Assembly: GCA_030324005.1 (NCBI GenBank)
Contig: JARDVH010000025.1
Span: 40,164,836-40,228,835, forward strand
From: Negaprion brevirostris
Taxonomy: Eukaryota
DNA length: 64,000 bases
Reading direction: 5' to 3'
Positions 60,507 to 64,000 of the stretch are shown piece by piece (within the stretch, counting starts at the first letter, position 1; every line of letters starts with the position of its first letter). The position numbers and the translations under genes are program-made. The notes beneath the pieces are model-generated. The model saw only the letters and a program-made list of their open reading frames with translations, did not search any database and was not told the DNA's origin.

Positions 60507-62958
60507 CTTGACAAAAGAAATGCAGGATTATAAAATAAACATGAAACTTAATGTTGAAAATTCTTGTGAATTAGCAGCCGACAGCTTGGTGCACCGGTTC
60601 ATATGTGAACTAATTATAACTCTATAAAAGGTACATTTCTGTACCCTCAGTCATACCTCTACAAGAGGTGCAAAATGAAGATAGTTTTCTACCCTATCCC
60701 ACTCCTCCACTTGTTTCCCCCTTTTGCACTGCACCAGCTGACAACTGTTTACCCTGTCAAAAAGTAGTTACTGTCTTGGAGCAAGAGTTCATTTTGAAAG
60801 AGATGTTTGGATTCTATAAAAAGTAACTAAGAGGGCAAGACTAGAGGATTAATCATGGGAAACAAGGAAATGACTGAAGCACAGGTAATTTGCATCAGTA
60901 TTCAATGGAGAAAACACAAAAAACATAATGAGAATACTTGAAACTCCAAAGGCATGACAGATATTTTTATTGAAATGTAAATGTTTCTGCAGGAGCTCAA
61001 TAGGGTAGATGCTGAGAGATTGTTTCCGCTCGTCAGGGAGTCTAAAACACTGGCGCATTGTCTCAGGATAAGTGACCAATTATTTAGGACGGGGATGAGG
61101 AGAAGTTACTTTTTGATTTGATTTATTATTGTCACATGTATTGGGATACAGGAAAAGTATTGTTTCTTGTGTGCTGTACAGACTAAGCATGCCATTCATA
61201 GAGAAGGAAAGGAGAGGGTGCAGAATGTAGTGTTGGAGTCATAGAACGGATGTAGAGAAAAATCAACTTAGGTCCATTCAAAAGTCTGATGGCAGCAAGA
61301 AAACAGCTGTTCTTGAGTTGGTTAGTACTTTGCTCAGAGTTGTGAATCTTTGGGATTCTTGACAGCGTAACTTTGTGGTGTACCTATGATAAATACATTT
61401 ATGGCTGCAACAGATTGATTTTTGGTCTCAGAGAATCAAGGGGTGTGAGGAACAGGTAGGAAAATGGCTTTGAAACATAGGATCAGCCTTGATAGTTTTA
61501 AAATGAGCCATATGGTCTATCCTTGCTCCAGCCCTTGTGTTCCTGTATTCCCAGTGGCAATATTTTTTACGTAACAAACCCAAACAGACCATGCATCTGT
61601 TGCAGTGTTTAAATTGTAATCTATATTGTTCACTATCTAGAATAAATAAAGCTATATGGTTGATTTAGAATAAAAGCTGCTCTGAACAATTGCTGTTGTA
61701 ATTTCTCACTCATTTCTCTATACAATTCTGTTAAGATGTTGAGGAGGTATATGGAACTTGCATCCATATTTCTATCCAGGGCAGTAACCTGCATTTTAAT
61801 TCTCTCAAGCCCCAGCTGTACCTGTTTTCATTTCTAACACACCGATAATGCTATGCTACCAGAACTATTTGAAGATTTGCGATGTTTCTTAGATTTATTT
61901 CATTATGTTTTTTCCTATTGTCTCATGTTAAAATCACTCCAGCCATTTCATCAATGCTAATCACTTGAGCATTTTACAGGTCCCTCTAACTCCACATTTT
62001 TGTTCTTTTGCAATACAGTTTATCTGAAATTGTTTTTATCATTTCTATTGAAGTATCCACACCTGTAATGTTAACTTTGTTTGATTTGGGGTCATAATGG
62101 CATCTTCTCAACTTTGGACGCATCTAGGAGATTCCTACAAAATGGCCAACATTGCGGTCAGCATTAGCCAGTGCCAAGCACGGGGCAAATTCAGCATCAG
62201 GATTCATCTAACATGCATTGAGCTCTACAGTGAAAATTTCCAGTTTGGAAATTTCAACTGGCAACCCTCAGGTAGGTGTGCGGGTGGAAGGCAGGCTGGC
62301 AATGGCCCACAGTAGTGCTGTGGTGGAAGGCAGGCCACCTGCTCTGCTAGGTTTCTTATTTAATGGTGTGATTTAAAAAGCAACTCCCCTGGAGGGGCCT
62401 TGTTGTGTCTTTCAGAATGGGTGTTCAATTCTCTGATGAGCTGGAAAATCTGAGCGGGAAGTACATAAATGATCACACTGCTTAGTTTTAGCCAAGTTTG
62501 GCATTTGGGTCCTGATTCAGGCTTTGGACAGGTGTTGTAGGCAGTTGCAAGTCTCTGGCTCCATGTTGGGCTAGGAGAGAGAATGCCAGAGCAGTTTATC
62601 ACTGCCCGAAATAGTTCCCACTCAAACTAATGTTGCACCCAGATAATGAGAATAAAATGTACCAGTTTCTACCCCTTTGAGAGTTTTATTAAATTTTCTT
62701 TTAAGAAACAGAATATGTAATCCAAATTTTGAGGCAAAAATCTGATCTATATACACACAGGATGTTCATATAAAATTCTCTCTGTGTGTACCCAAATAGG
62801 CACCAAGTGGGGGGTTTTCAGTAACTTCATTGCCATGTTAATGTAAGCCTACTTGTGACACTAGTAAATAAAATTTAAACTGTAAAGCACACAGCACAAA
62901 TATGTCTGATCATATACACACAAAAATAACAGGGAAACGTTAGCCACATAACACATAC

Positions 62959-63127
62959 CTGAATATCACGATAAGAAAGGAGCAAATTAATGACAATATC
63001 GGCAGAGAGAACTTCAACATTGTCCAGGCGTTTTTTTATTCTTCCGAGTTCCGTGGCCAATTCCTTACCACTGTAAAGTTCACGAGCTTTCCTGATGTCA
63101 CTCAGGATAGTTTCCCGAAAATACTGA
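62959..63127 (-). CDS. MAP3K5: MAP3K5/ASK1 coding exon (approx. exon 5), [57 protein letters not shown]
   Basis: Acceptor ttttgtgcttcgcAG and donor CAG|GTATGT; 169 nt; translation closely resembles the ASK1 central regulatory region. Confidence 0.95.
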
Positions 63128-64000
63128 CTGCGAAGCACAAAACGGACACCAACATACTCCCATTTTAGAAATAAAGAATCATTTAAAAATGCTACGCAGT
63201 ATGAAGAGCAAGTTTAGAACTTAAGAGAATTCAATCTAAACATTTAAACACCTTTCTTATCCAATATCTTAGATGTAAATTTTCTTGGTCAGGGAGGGTT
63301 ATTTGAAACCATTCTGTGTTCTGCTGTAGCCAAAATGAAAACAACTCACCCCCTTTACTCACGAGTAATACAGAATTAACATAAAAAGGAGCAGTCATAG
63401 CTGGCTTACTGTTATTTTCTGAAATTATGACACAGAGTAGCTTAAGGCATTTAAAATGTAAAAGCGATTTTTATAAAAGCCAGTGGAAAAGGATTCAGAG
63501 TAAGGGATGAGAGCTCATGGCATCATTAAATGACAGGACAAAATAACATTAAATGTTAGCACAAAGTAGCCAACTCTAAACTAGAGTTGGCTAGTTAAAT
63601 CCCAATAGGTATCTAATGGCACAACCCATTCAACTTGGCTAAAAACAACTTTGTCCTGCTTATCGCACTACTCCCACCTGTGATGAAACTGTTATTAATA
63701 AAATTTATTCTTGAGGGGGACTGTTTTAGGATTCAATGTTTTTCTACTGGCAGTTTGTTTGGGAGGGAATTCAGCAGATGCTGAGAAAGCAGGATAATAA
63801 CTCATTTTAGATAGGAATGAGTTACTTTGTAGAGTTAATGCACTTTTGTTTACCCATGTACTCCTGGGATATCAGGCTAGGTTGGCAGTCATGTGATATT
63901 GGTTGATGGGGGGAGCTAGGCTTGTAGCAGAAAAGAACTTTCATTTTCATTTAAAAATATCGTTGGTGACTGGAGCTGGTTTAAAAAAAAAAGAGGCTCT

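Overview
Eukaryotic genomic DNA with many N gaps. The repeat content points to a cartilaginous fish (shark-like): HE1/V-SINE-like and SacSINE1-like SINEs, CR1 and Rex1/Babar LINEs. The whole window lies inside one large minus-strand gene, MAP3K5 (ASK1). I traced 16 consecutive internal coding exons from 63127 down to 1349. They total 2051 nt, have compatible splice phases and give one open frame of about 683 codons covering the central regulatory (TPR-like) region, the PH-like domain and the complete kinase domain. The gene start and end lie outside the window. One intron needs a GC-AG donor. The introns are packed with transposable elements. The most notable non-coding signals are: minimal type I hammerhead ribozyme motifs in Penelope-like repeats (two with intact cores, one inside an inverted-repeat arrangement); a ~1.8 kb inverted duplication with a 19-bp hairpin at its breakpoint; a complete non-autonomous PIF/Harbinger-like element with TIRs and TSD; an antisense solo LTR next to an exon; and one SINE body with two alternative LINE-like tails. 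No prokaryotic systems, rRNA, true tRNA genes or CRISPR arrays are supported. Repeat boundaries are approximate, family names are from recognition rather than database search, and exon numbers are by analogy to human MAP3K5.
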